Assembly (NCBI GenBank): GCA_965198115.1
Contig: OZ240241.1
Location: 5,248,001 to 5,312,000, forward strand
Direction: 5' to 3'
From: Candidatus Latescibacterota bacterium
GTDB taxonomy: Bacteria; Latescibacterota; UBA2968
Length of the DNA: 64,000 nucleotides
In this document: piece by piece, positions 1 to 8,904 of the stretch
Numbering within the stretch: position 1 is the first letter of the stretch
How the letters are laid out: every line of letters begins with the position of its first letter
Position numbers and translations under genes: made by a program
The notes under the pieces: generated by a model
Told to the model about the DNA's origin: nothing
The model's database searches: none
The model's input: the letters and a program-made list of their open reading frames with translations, nothing else

Positions 1-1
1 G

Positions 2-238
2 ACGTGGTCAGGGTCTGATTTGACGTGCCAACTCCACGGCGAAACGTCGCATTCTGACCTGCGAGTCGCGCTGCCCGTCGAGTACGGCGGCCTCTGTCTC
101 ATCTCGGTCGACGTGGACGGTGAAGATGTCGAGCCGGAAACCGTCACGCGTTTTAGAGAGAAAACAGCACTCGTACCGATCGAGTCCGGCAAGACTGCCG
201 TGACCCTCCACTCCCGTTACGACGCTCCGAAATCGTAA
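2..238 (+). CDS. C-terminal fragment of a hypothetical protein running off the window start
   Basis: Frame +2 is open from base 2 to TAA at 236-238, just before the RBS of the next gene. No motif recognised. Confidence 0.55.
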   Translation, partial: TWSGSDLTCQLHGETSHSDLRVALPVEYGGLCLISVDVDGEDVEPETVTRFREKTALVPIESGKTAVTLHSRYDAPKS

Positions 239-258
239 CGGATACAGAGGAGAAACCC

Positions 259-1080
259 GTGCCCCCTGTCGTTGACTGTCATCTGCACGTCTGGTCGGAC
301 GACACAGAAAAGTACCCTCGTGACGAAGTGCCCTATCCCGGCTCGCCAGAACTGTTGCTCGAGTATATGGGAGAAGCAGAGGTCGACCACGCTGTCGTCG
401 TCAAGTCACAGCATTACAAGTTCGACAACGCCTATCTCGTTGATGTCCTCGAGGGAAATCCCGATGTGTTCGCCGGCGTCGGTGTCATCGATCCGCGTGG
501 CCAGGAAGCTGCGGACGAACTCGAGCGACTCGTATCCGAGACGAAAATTCGTGGTATCCGTCTCCGGGGGACGATCGAGCCAAGTTGGTATTGTCAGCCC
601 GAAACCGATCCGCTCTGGCAGAAATCCGCTCATCTCGGAACGCCCCTCTGTCTCCTCGGAACACCCGAGCAGATCGATCTCGTCAAGGCTGCCGTTCAAC
701 GACACCCCGATACGACCGCCGTCATCGATCACTTCTCTATGATCCACTGCTCGGAGGGAACAAACCATCCACCCTTAAAGACCTTCCTGAGTCTGTCCGA
801 GCAGCCGAACGTCTACATCAAAGTCAGCGGGCTCCACTATTGGGGAGATCACTATCCTTTCCCAAAGGGCCAGGACAATCTTCGGGCCGCCTATGATGCC
901 TTCGGCCCCGAACGAATGATGTGGGGGTCTGATTTTCCGCACATCCTCTTCGGCTATGGATACGTGCGGTGCTGCAATTTCATTCGCAGAGACATCGACT
1001 GGCTATCGCAGGAAGAGAAAGACTTGATTCTGGGTGGCAACGCCTATCGCATCTGGTGGGAGAATCAAAGCAACCGCTGA
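259..1080 (+). CDS. Amidohydrolase family protein (Amidohydro_2, lactonase/decarboxylase-like)
   Basis: N-terminal DCHLH, IDH, and C-terminal FGPERMMWGSDFP and GGNA motifs. GAGGAG RBS upstream. Confidence 0.9.
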   Translation: MPPVVDCHLHVWSDDTEKYPRDEVPYPGSPELLLEYMGEAEVDHAVVVKSQHYKFDNAYLVDVLEGNPDVFAGVGVIDPRGQEAADELERLVSETKIRGIRLRGTIEPSWYCQPETDPLWQKSAHLGTPLCLLGTPEQIDLVKAAVQRHPDTTAVIDHFSMIHCSEGTNHPPLKTFLSLSEQPNVYIKVSGLHYWGDHYPFPKGQDNLRAAYDAFGPERMMWGSDFPHILFGYGYVRCCNFIRRDIDWLSQEEKDLILGGNAYRIWWENQSNR

Positions 1081-1130
1081 GGTCACTGAGAACTCGCGGT
1101 CAGTCGTCAGGAAGATCGTCGATGATGCGC

Positions 1131-1275
1131 GCCCCGTAGGGGCGCCACGACAATAGTCCGGGGCGCAAGCCCCGGGATAGTAAAAGAGAAGCGAAAGGGA
1201 CGCCGCTGTGGCTTGATTCGTCGCAGAGCAAATCACTTTTCGGCGCACAATCGCCACGTCCCCTGGTAGCACGAT
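1131..1275. repeat. ~145-bp dispersed element, copy 1 (double REP-like hairpin plus conserved non-palindromic core)
   Basis: GCCCCGTAGGGGC and CCGGGGCGCAAGCCCCGG hairpins, then CGCCGCTGT...TTTCGGCGCACAATCGCCAC.TCCCT.GTAG, shared with 53995-54138. Confidence 0.8.
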
Positions 1276-1314
1276 TTGATTCCATTCTGTAGAGAAACAC
1301 GACAAGGAGCGAGG

Positions 1315-1749
1315 ATGTCAGTCCAGCCGATACCTGACAATTATCACACCGTCACACCCTACCTGATGGTGGACGATGTGGAACGGCTCATCGACTTCTT
1401 GAAGGAAGCGTTCGACGCGGTGGAGACGGAGCGCATTCCCGGTCCTGAAGGCTTGGCAATGCACGCAGAGGTGCGAATCGGCGACGCCCCGATCATGATG
1501 GGGCGAGCGCGGCAGGAATCGGGGGCAATGTCTTCAATGCTCTATGTCTACACGGAAGACTGCGACGCGAGCTACCGACGTGCTCTCGAGGCAGGCGCTG
1601 AATCAGTGATGGAACCGGCCGATCAATTCTATGGCGATCGCAATGCCGGCGTCCGAGGTCCGCAGGGGAATCTGTGGTGGCTGGCCACCCACTTCGAGGA
1701 CGTCTCGCACGACGAGTTGATCAAACGGTCCGCCAACCAACCCCACTGA
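1315..1749 (+). CDS. VOC/glyoxalase family protein (PhnB-like)
   Basis: IPDNYHTVTPYL, HAEVRIGD and DQFYGDR motifs. AAGGAG RBS before ATG 1315. Confidence 0.9.
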   Translation: MSVQPIPDNYHTVTPYLMVDDVERLIDFLKEAFDAVETERIPGPEGLAMHAEVRIGDAPIMMGRARQESGAMSSMLYVYTEDCDASYRRALEAGAESVMEPADQFYGDRNAGVRGPQGNLWWLATHFEDVSHDELIKRSANQPH

Positions 1750-1769
1750 TCACAGTCGAGGACGGTCAG

Positions 1770-2591
1770 ATGGACATCGAGACATTATTCGCAAACACCG
1801 CAGAGGGTGACCTGCTGGGCGTCAGGGAACAGCTGGACACCCACCCGTTCCTTCTCAACGCAAAGAATCCCGATACTGACGCCTGGGATCAGCAGACGCT
1901 CCTACACACGGCTGCCAAACACGGTCAGCTCGACGTCGTCAGGCTCCTCGTCGAACGGGGTGCAGAGGTCTATTCAAACCCAATGTCCTCGTATCCGCCC
2001 GTCATCATCGCGGCCTGGAACAAGCAGCAGGACGTCGTCGACTATTTCCTCAAAGAGATTCCTGACCAGGCCTCGGGTACGAACGGGCTGGGTGTGGCCG
2101 TGAATCTTGCCGCCCGCCAGGGCTGGGCGGACCTCGTCCGCAAGCACATCGATGCCGATCCCCTCTCCGTTCACCAACGTGGCTGGATCGGCGATACGCC
2201 TCTCCACTGGCCCGCACACAACGGTCACGTGGAAATCGTCGAGATGCTGCTCGACGCAGGAGCTGATATCAACGCTGACGAGATCGGCTGGGCAGGCGGA
2301 AAGCCCTTGCACTGGGCTAGCGAACACGAACCCTCCACCGTCAAGGTCCTGCTCGACCGTGGTGCTGATGTGAGTGCTCGAAACATCAAGCAGGGCTCGG
2401 ACTTCGAAGGCTTCACGCCCCTGATGATGAACGCCTCACAGAAAAACGATTGCGCCGAGGCAACCGAGTTGCTCATTGTAGCCGGTGCAGACATCGCTGC
2501 CACTGATCCCAACGGCCGAACCGCCCTCGACATCGCCCTCGAGAAAGAGCTGACCCGAATCCCTGAAACGCTACGGAGCTATGGTGGGTGA
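1770..2591 (+). CDS. Ankyrin repeat protein
   Basis: Repeats TLLHTAAKHG, TPLHWPAHNG, KPLHWASEH, TPLMMNA, GRTALDIA. GAGG RBS before ATG 1770. Confidence 0.9.
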   Translation: MDIETLFANTAEGDLLGVREQLDTHPFLLNAKNPDTDAWDQQTLLHTAAKHGQLDVVRLLVERGAEVYSNPMSSYPPVIIAAWNKQQDVVDYFLKEIPDQASGTNGLGVAVNLAARQGWADLVRKHIDADPLSVHQRGWIGDTPLHWPAHNGHVEIVEMLLDAGADINADEIGWAGGKPLHWASEHEPSTVKVLLDRGADVSARNIKQGSDFEGFTPLMMNASQKNDCAEATELLIVAGADIAATDPNGRTALDIALEKELTRIPETLRSYGG

Positions 2592-2747
2592 GGGATAGCG
2601 AGCCATTCTTCAGAAAATCGAGGGAGCAGCGTTTCCAAACTGAGTCAGTGCCAGAATGTGAACGAATTGCCAGATGTCAGACGCAGCGAAAGACGTGGCA
2701 CGTGTCGGGGACCGTACTATCTTTGCCCGTCGGGAGGGGCCGAGATC

Positions 2748-3101
2748 ATGCCGAGAATCGTTGTTTTCGAGGACGACCCAACCATTCGGAATCTGGTGTG
2801 TCAGATTTTGAAGAGTGAAGGCCACGTTGTGGAAGACTACGAGGACCCTGGGCCTGCTCTGGGTGTCGTGGACTTCGCATCCGTCGACCTCCTCATAACG
2901 GATCTGACCATGCCGACCCCCGGAGAAGAGGCCATTCGAAGGCTGCGAAACGAAGGAATCGACGTCCCGATTATCGTCATGAGCGCTCATCTCTCACCGG
3001 CCAAGACAACGTATCTGAAGAAGCTGGGCGTCAGTTACACAATCGCGAAACCATTTAAAATAAATGACTTACTGGAGGCTGTCGAAGCGACATTTAGCTA
3101 A
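2748..3101 (+). CDS. Single-domain response regulator (CheY-like receiver)
   Basis: EDD acidic pocket, phosphoacceptor in TDLTMP, MSA, and KPF motifs. Confidence 0.9.
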   Translation: MPRIVVFEDDPTIRNLVCQILKSEGHVVEDYEDPGPALGVVDFASVDLLITDLTMPTPGEEAIRRLRNEGIDVPIIVMSAHLSPAKTTYLKKLGVSYTIAKPFKINDLLEAVEATFS

Positions 3102-3177
3102 ATGATCCGGCCCGCGTGCCGATAGTCGGAACTGACGGGGAGATACCAGGGATGGTGTTTTCACAAGCGAGGATTCA

Positions 3178-3357
3178 ATGGAAGAATCCAGATTCGCCCC
3201 CGGCAGTCACGTCTATTACGTGGATGTCGATCTGGCTCGATGGGGTCCCTGGCGCGTCGTTCGCGCCGATAAAGCTGTCGTCACCGTTCTGATCGACGAT
3301 CGGATAGAATTACGGCTTCCCCCGGACAAGCTCCGAATAGACCCGATCTCTCCCTAA
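3178..3357 (+). CDS. Small 59-aa hypothetical protein, possible SH3/KOW-like beta-barrel (absent from the ORF track)
   Basis: Manual translation MEESRFAPGSHVYYVDVDLARWGPWRVVRADKAVVTVLIDDRIELRLPPDKLRIDPISP. GAGGA RBS precedes the ATG. Confidence 0.55.
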   Translation: MEESRFAPGSHVYYVDVDLARWGPWRVVRADKAVVTVLIDDRIELRLPPDKLRIDPISP

Positions 3358-3561
3358 TCCAACAGTTCCACGATTCGCTCGCAGTCGTCGGGTTTGCCCG
3401 ACGCATTCGCTGAATCGTCCCTCCAACGACCTGTTTCCGCCGCAGTTCGATCCCTTCAAACACTGCCTCGGGTTCCTGAATCCTGGCGCGCCCTCTCTTT
3501 CGTGCGTTTCGTATCAGCCCTTCCCCCATCACCCGAGAAGTGGTCTACTCATTGAATCTCT

Positions 3562-4359
3562 ATGCCCGTGAGCGAAGCTGACATCGCCCTGTTCAACGAG
3601 CAAGGATATCTTACCTACTCGCGCGTGCTCACGGACGATGAGATCGTGGCGCTGAACGATCGAATCGACGACATCGCGTGCGGCGCACGAACCCATCTCC
3701 CGACACGCTACATCCAGCAAGAAGCGGCGTTTCAGGATCGCGACGATCATCAGACCGATCCACGGGATCAACTACGCAGCCTCTCACGTTTGTGTTACTT
3801 CGACAGATTGTTCGAAGCCGTCGCCCGAAAACCCGCCATCGTCGACGTCATCGAGGCGCTGGCGGGGCCGAACATCAAACTCTACTGCGACCAGGTCTTC
3901 TTCAAACCGCCGCTCCATGGATCGGAACCGGAATGGCACCAGGATTCGGCGCTGTGGGACCAGTTCGCGCCTCAGGAGGCTATCAGCTGCTGGATTGCGC
4001 TCGACGACGCCACCGTGGACAACGGATGTTTGGAAGTCATTCCCGGCAGTTGTCGGTGGGGGGCCATGAGCGACCGACACCAGGACCTCTTTTTCGACAA
4101 CCTGATGGTACCGAATCCCGTCCCGATCGAGATCGAGGCCGGCTCCTGTCTATTTCATCACGGGCTGACGTTCCACCGGACGGGCGCCAACACCACGCCC
4201 AATCGACGGCGCGCCATCTCGCTCGCCTATCTCCGCGCGGAAACGAAGTATCTCGGCTGCCAAACCGAAGAGCTCAGAATGATGGTCGAATGCGAGAAGC
4301 CCCCTGGCGAGTTTCGTTTTATGAAGATTAGAGGTGAGGAATTCCCTGGTTGTGTGTAG
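3562..4359 (+). CDS. PhyH family Fe(II)/2-oxoglutarate dioxygenase
   Basis: FFKPP, WHQD, WIALDDATVDNGCL.VIPGS, distal His in TFHRT, and NRRR motifs. Confidence 0.92.
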   Translation: MPVSEADIALFNEQGYLTYSRVLTDDEIVALNDRIDDIACGARTHLPTRYIQQEAAFQDRDDHQTDPRDQLRSLSRLCYFDRLFEAVARKPAIVDVIEALAGPNIKLYCDQVFFKPPLHGSEPEWHQDSALWDQFAPQEAISCWIALDDATVDNGCLEVIPGSCRWGAMSDRHQDLFFDNLMVPNPVPIEIEAGSCLFHHGLTFHRTGANTTPNRRRAISLAYLRAETKYLGCQTEELRMMVECEKPPGEFRFMKIRGEEFPGCV

Positions 4360-4474
4360 CCGTGCGTATCAGCCGCGAACTGCAGTCGTCAGTCAGCCTG
4401 GGTTCACCTCGAAACCCTTCCCGGTAGGGCCACCAAACTTCTGGCGTTCCCCCCCTTTCGTGTATTTCGTGGGA

Positions 4475-4551
4475 GCCTGCCCTGAGCGGAGTCGAAGGGT
4501 GGTTCGTCCGTGTAATCCGTATGTGGAGCCTGTCCCCAACGAATGTGAGGG
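4475..4551. repeat. Two 24-nt GCCTG-headed hairpin units embedded in 9-mer repeats
   Basis: GCCTGCCCTGAGCGGAGTCGAAGG (4475-4498) and GCCTGTCCCCAACGAATGTGAGGG (4528-4551), near TTCGTGTATTTCGTG and TCCGTGTAATCCGT. Confidence 0.75.
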
Positions 4552-4582
4552 ATGATCCCCTCGGTTTCCAAGGAGCATTGTT

Positions 4583-5677
4583 ATGAAGGTTACCAGCGTT
4601 GACCTGACCCCCGTTGCCTCGAGGCGCGAAACCGGGTCCGTCTCCCGTCATGTCGTCATTCAATTCAACACCGACGAAGGACTGGTCGGCCTGGGCGAGA
4701 TGTCCGATGTGGGCGATTGGGGGCTCATGTATGACCTGACGGATGTGAAGGCCGCCTACGAAGCGCTGCTGGTCGGTCGGAATCCTCTCGACTGGCATAT
4801 CATCACCACGGCGGCAAAAGGTCGTCTACGAATGGGTGGGGCGATTCAGGCGGGTTTCGAGATCGCCCTGTTCGATCTGATCGGCAAGATCCAGGGTCGA
4901 TCCGTTGCGGGCGTCTTCGGTGGCGCACTCAAGGATAAAATGCGTGTCTGCTATCCCATCTTCCGCAACTATTCACGCGAAGACGCTGAAGCGAACATCA
5001 AACGCGTCGACCGACGGATCGGCGAGGGACAGGACCTCTTCCGGCTTTATCACGGAGGCGTCATCGAAGCAGACGAGATCTTTCTCGACGGCGTCAAGTC
5101 CAATCACGGCGACAAGTTCGAACTCAAATCGCTCGATTTCAGCGGCGTTCACAAATGGAAGCACGTCGTCAAAGCCATCGGTATCCTCTCCCAATACTAC
5201 GCGCCGATCCTGTGTGAATCGGTATCCGATCGCAGGGACCTCGACGGACAAATAGAAGTGAGGAAGAGAATCGACTTCCCCGTCAGCGAGCACATTCAGT
5301 CGCTGGATCAGGCCTACGAGTTCGCACGCAACAAATACGTCGACATTTACAACCTCTGTCTTTGCGGCGCTGGTGGTTTCACCGAAACGATGCAGTATGC
5401 CCAGGTCGCGCAGTCCGCCGGACTCTCCGTACTCGTAGGCACGACCCAGGAGCTGTCCATCGGCGTCGCCGCACAGGCCACGTTCGGCTGCATCACCGAA
5501 AACCTCGATTTCCCCGGCGATTGCACGGGCGGTCAGCTCTACGAGAGCGACGTCGTCAAGAACCCGATCCAGTACGAGAACGGGTATGTGCTGCTGCCGG
5601 ATGGTCCTGGTTTGGGGATGGAGTTGGATGAGGAGAAGATCGCGGCGATTTCGGAGCCCCTGAGCTCGGGGCGGTAG
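4583..5677 (+). CDS. Enolase-superfamily (MR/MLE) acid-sugar dehydratase, galactarate dehydratase II-like
   Basis: TDEGLVGLGEMSD, RVCYPIFR, R-x-Y in FRLY, metal ligands D/E/E, GTTQELSIG, and PDGPGLG motifs. Confidence 0.85.
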   Translation: MKVTSVDLTPVASRRETGSVSRHVVIQFNTDEGLVGLGEMSDVGDWGLMYDLTDVKAAYEALLVGRNPLDWHIITTAAKGRLRMGGAIQAGFEIALFDLIGKIQGRSVAGVFGGALKDKMRVCYPIFRNYSREDAEANIKRVDRRIGEGQDLFRLYHGGVIEADEIFLDGVKSNHGDKFELKSLDFSGVHKWKHVVKAIGILSQYYAPILCESVSDRRDLDGQIEVRKRIDFPVSEHIQSLDQAYEFARNKYVDIYNLCLCGAGGFTETMQYAQVAQSAGLSVLVGTTQELSIGVAAQATFGCITENLDFPGDCTGGQLYESDVVKNPIQYENGYVLLPDGPGLGMELDEEKIAAISEPLSSGR

Positions 5678-5730
5678 GAAAGGACGTCGTGCGGGCTCCT
5701 GCCCGCACTATATAGCTAAATGCATACGCT

Positions 5731-5815
5731 CGCCCCCGTGCTCTGCACGGGGGCGTGTTGATAGTCCGAGGTGACAAGTACGACGCTAGGTGTCCCCGGG
5801 CAGAGCCCGGGCCTT
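5731..5815. repeat. Pair of family A REP-like palindromes between convergent genes
   Basis: CGCCCCCGTGCTCTGCACGGGGGCG and TCCCCGGGCAGAGCCCGGG. Confidence 0.75.
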
Positions 5816-5831
5816 CGCACATCAACCGTAC

Positions 5832-7008
5832 TCACCAGCCCTTCCAACTCCCATCCTCGTGTCGATACTGTCGATACGGGTACTGGGTATAGGGCAGGTC
5901 GGCGATGTCCGATTCCTTCACTTCCACACCCAACCCCGGCGCGTCAGACACGTTGACGTGCCCCTTCTCGATGACCCAGTCGTGCTCGACGAAGTCCCCG
6001 AACTGATCGAACCGGTCCGCGCTTGTTTCCTGAATCAAGAAATTGGGCGTCACCGCATCCGCGTGGACCGAGGCCGCAAAGCATAGTGGGCCGCCCGCGT
6101 TGTGCGGAGCCATCAGCATTTGCGATTGGTTGGCCAGTTTTGCAATGTCGACGAGCGTCGTGAGCCCAAAACAGTGAGTGACGTCGGGCTGAAGGAAAGA
6201 GCACGCCCTCTGGTCGATCAGCGGCTTGAAATCGCCCACGGTGAAGAGCTTTTCACCGGTCGCCACGGGAACAGGACTCTTTCTCGAAACCTCTAACAGG
6301 GCTTCCATCGAACCGACCTTCATAGGTTCCTCAAGGAACAGCGGCGCGTACGGGGCGACCTGCCGGGCGAATTCGATGCTCAGCTCCGGAAGAGGGCTGC
6401 CGTGTGTGTCGAGCAAAAGGTCGAAACCCGGCCCCACGGCTTCTCGAACCGCGGCCACGCACGAGACACATTGATCGATCGCCCCCCGGGCCATCGGCCA
6501 CGTACGTGATTCCAGGGGGTTGCCCTTGATTCCCGCAAACCCACGTGCCTTCAATCTCTCCGCCGACGCCACCGCCCCCTCCGATGACGAAAACAGATCG
6601 CCCCCCGAGTAGACGCGAACACGGTCTCGACGTTTGCCTCCGAGGATCGTATGCACGGGGACACCCCAAGCCTTGCCTGCGATGTCGTAGAGCGCGACAT
6701 TGATCGCCGCAATCGCTGTCCCGAACACCGGACCCCCTTTCCATCGGCAACCGGTCGGTGATGTCCTCGGTCAGCGCGGCAACCGGGAGCGGATCACGTC
6801 CGACCAGCAGGCTCGACCATTCGTGGAGCGTCGCATCGACCGATGGCGTCAGCCACTCACCGCTCCCTTCTCCCCATCCTGCAATGCCCGCATCGGTTTC
6901 GATCTTGAGGAACAGCCACGCTTTCTGAGCGCTGCTCGGAAACTCTCCAAAAAGCGGTTCGCTGGGGGGCATGTTGAACTTGTAGGTCTGGACGCGTGTG
7001 ATTTTCAT
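5832..7008 (-). CDS. Enolase-superfamily dehydratase (galactonate dehydratase DgoD-like), split by a frameshift near 6744
   Basis: N-terminus MKITRV...KIETDAGIAGWGE in one frame continues as ALYDIAGKAWGVPV...FLEEP...TGEKL...APHN...PGLG in another. Removing one base restores PWKGGPVFG. Confidence 0.85.
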
Positions 7009-7120
7009 TTCTCACCCAAGGAAGAAGAATAATCGCGCTTCGCTTTCAAACAGAATGAGGGGCGAAAACCCGGTCCTCGTCAAGAACGGCGAAGGGCCAT
7101 CATAAGAGGTACCGAATACG

Positions 7121-8698
7121 ATGGAACAGCGTGATTACACACGGCGAGGACCGTGGCGCGTGCTTCACACGAGTGATATGGGCACGTATTTCCTTACGGG
7201 CACTTGGCTCTTCGGAGATCCCGCCACACCTGAGGACATTCGGGCCTGGGTCGCTCAGCTCGCCGAAAGCAGTGTGGACGCCTACGTGCAGGAAGTCTAC
7301 TTCGACGGCTACAGTATGTTCTACCGCACCAACCGCTGCGCCTATTGGGAAACCGAGAGCCTCAGTCGCTTCGATCAGATGCTCGCCGACGGCGTGGTTC
7401 CGCTCGATATCTACATCGACGAAGCACACAAGCACGGAATGCCGTTGCTCGCCGGATTCAGGATGAACGATCGCCACGGCAACAACGTAGCGCTCTTCAA
7501 AACCCATCCGGACTGGATGATCGAAGAACTCGGGCACGGTGTCGACTTCGCGCTGCCCGAGGTTCGCGACTGGTTCTTCTCCATCGTCGAAGAAGTCCCG
7601 AATCGATTCGACGTGGACGGCATCGAATTCAACTTCACGCGTCACGGCTTCTGTTTTCCTCCCGCGACTTCTGCCGAGAGCCACTCCATTATGACGGATC
7701 TGATGCGTCGCGTACGACAGATGCTCGATGCGGCAGGTGAGTCAAGGGGTCGGCAGCTGCTGTTCGGCGCGCGCGTACCTCCTTCCCTGTCAGGATGTAT
7801 CGATCTCGGCTTCGACATTCCCACGTGGATCGACGAAAAGATCATCGACTTCGTGGCGCCGACCTCCTATCACCGCACCGACTACAACGCACTCTACGAT
7901 GAATTCGTCGACCTCGCCCGGAAAACCGACTGTCTCGTCTACCCGGCACTCGAAGGCGATGTCCCCGGCCGCGTTGACGTTGTATCGATGAATCAAAGCC
8001 GGGCGGCTGTCCACAACTTCTACGGCGCGGGAGCCGACGGGTTTTCGACACACAATTACGATGCCTATATGTGGGGCCAGCATCGATCGCGCTTGATGCC
8101 CGGTGTCACCAGCAACTACCCGGATGCGCTCGAGCGGTTCAAGATCCTCAGAGACCCTGAAACCGTCGCGGCGGGCGACCGGCACTACCTATTTCATCCA
8201 TTGTTTCCCGAAGAGCACTTCCCGAACGGCTACCGTGGCGCTCCGATTCCACACATCAAAGCCATCCTAAAGAGAGATGCGCCTGATACGAAAGCCGACT
8301 ACCGTTTCCGCGTCTGCGAGCATCTGCCGGAAGAGGTCGATCTTCCCGTCGGCCACGTCGGTCGATACTCGGGCAATTTCAATTCATTGGGAAAGATTCC
8401 GGGCGCCTGGCTCCTCTTCAGGGCCATCGGAATGGGCCCTGGTGACGAAATCGCCATCACACTCAATGGGCATGAAATCCCGGCCGGCGACGTTCGTCAC
8501 ATCTGGTATCAGGAGGGGCGCCCACACTGGGAAGGACGGACACTCCCTCCGTTCACGGAATGCCGTCTAGCCCTTACGTCCCCACCCGGCGTCTACGGGG
8601 ACAACATTCTCGGAATCCAGCTGGTCAAGAGTGAAAGCAGTGCTTCCGAGGATATCGTTGTCGACGAACTCGAGGTCGTTGTGCACGTCGACGATTGA
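7121..8698 (+). CDS. Hypothetical TIM-barrel protein, glycoside hydrolase-like (GHL10/DUF187-like) with a C-terminal beta domain
   Basis: 525-aa ORF with GFRMNDRH and DFALPEVRDW...FDVDGIEFNF motifs. GAGG RBS. Confidence 0.6.
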   Translation: MEQRDYTRRGPWRVLHTSDMGTYFLTGTWLFGDPATPEDIRAWVAQLAESSVDAYVQEVYFDGYSMFYRTNRCAYWETESLSRFDQMLADGVVPLDIYIDEAHKHGMPLLAGFRMNDRHGNNVALFKTHPDWMIEELGHGVDFALPEVRDWFFSIVEEVPNRFDVDGIEFNFTRHGFCFPPATSAESHSIMTDLMRRVRQMLDAAGESRGRQLLFGARVPPSLSGCIDLGFDIPTWIDEKIIDFVAPTSYHRTDYNALYDEFVDLARKTDCLVYPALEGDVPGRVDVVSMNQSRAAVHNFYGAGADGFSTHNYDAYMWGQHRSRLMPGVTSNYPDALERFKILRDPETVAAGDRHYLFHPLFPEEHFPNGYRGAPIPHIKAILKRDAPDTKADYRFRVCEHLPEEVDLPVGHVGRYSGNFNSLGKIPGAWLLFRAIGMGPGDEIAITLNGHEIPAGDVRHIWYQEGRPHWEGRTLPPFTECRLALTSPPGVYGDNILGIQLVKSESSASEDIVVDELEVVVHVDD

Positions 8699-8706
8699 AT
8701 CCAAAC

Positions 8707-8795
8707 GATATCCGAAATCTGATCAAGGATATCCGACATCCGAGAGTTTCAACCGCTCTCTGAGATCTGATCTCGCTTCTCGGATCTCGGATATC
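8707..8795. repeat. Inverted array of degenerate 7-mer repeats (ATCCGAA/ATCCGAG type)
   Basis: GATATCCGAAATCTGA...GATATCCGACATCCGAG opposed by CTCGGATCTCGGATATC. Confidence 0.65.
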
Positions 8796-8904
8796 GATGC
8801 TGGTTCCTTGGGGCCGGGGTTGATAGAAAGGCGATATCGTTCACATTTAACGTCGAATCCCATCTCGACCTCCGACTCTGACCTCTTTCTCAGCTGACAG
8901 TCCA

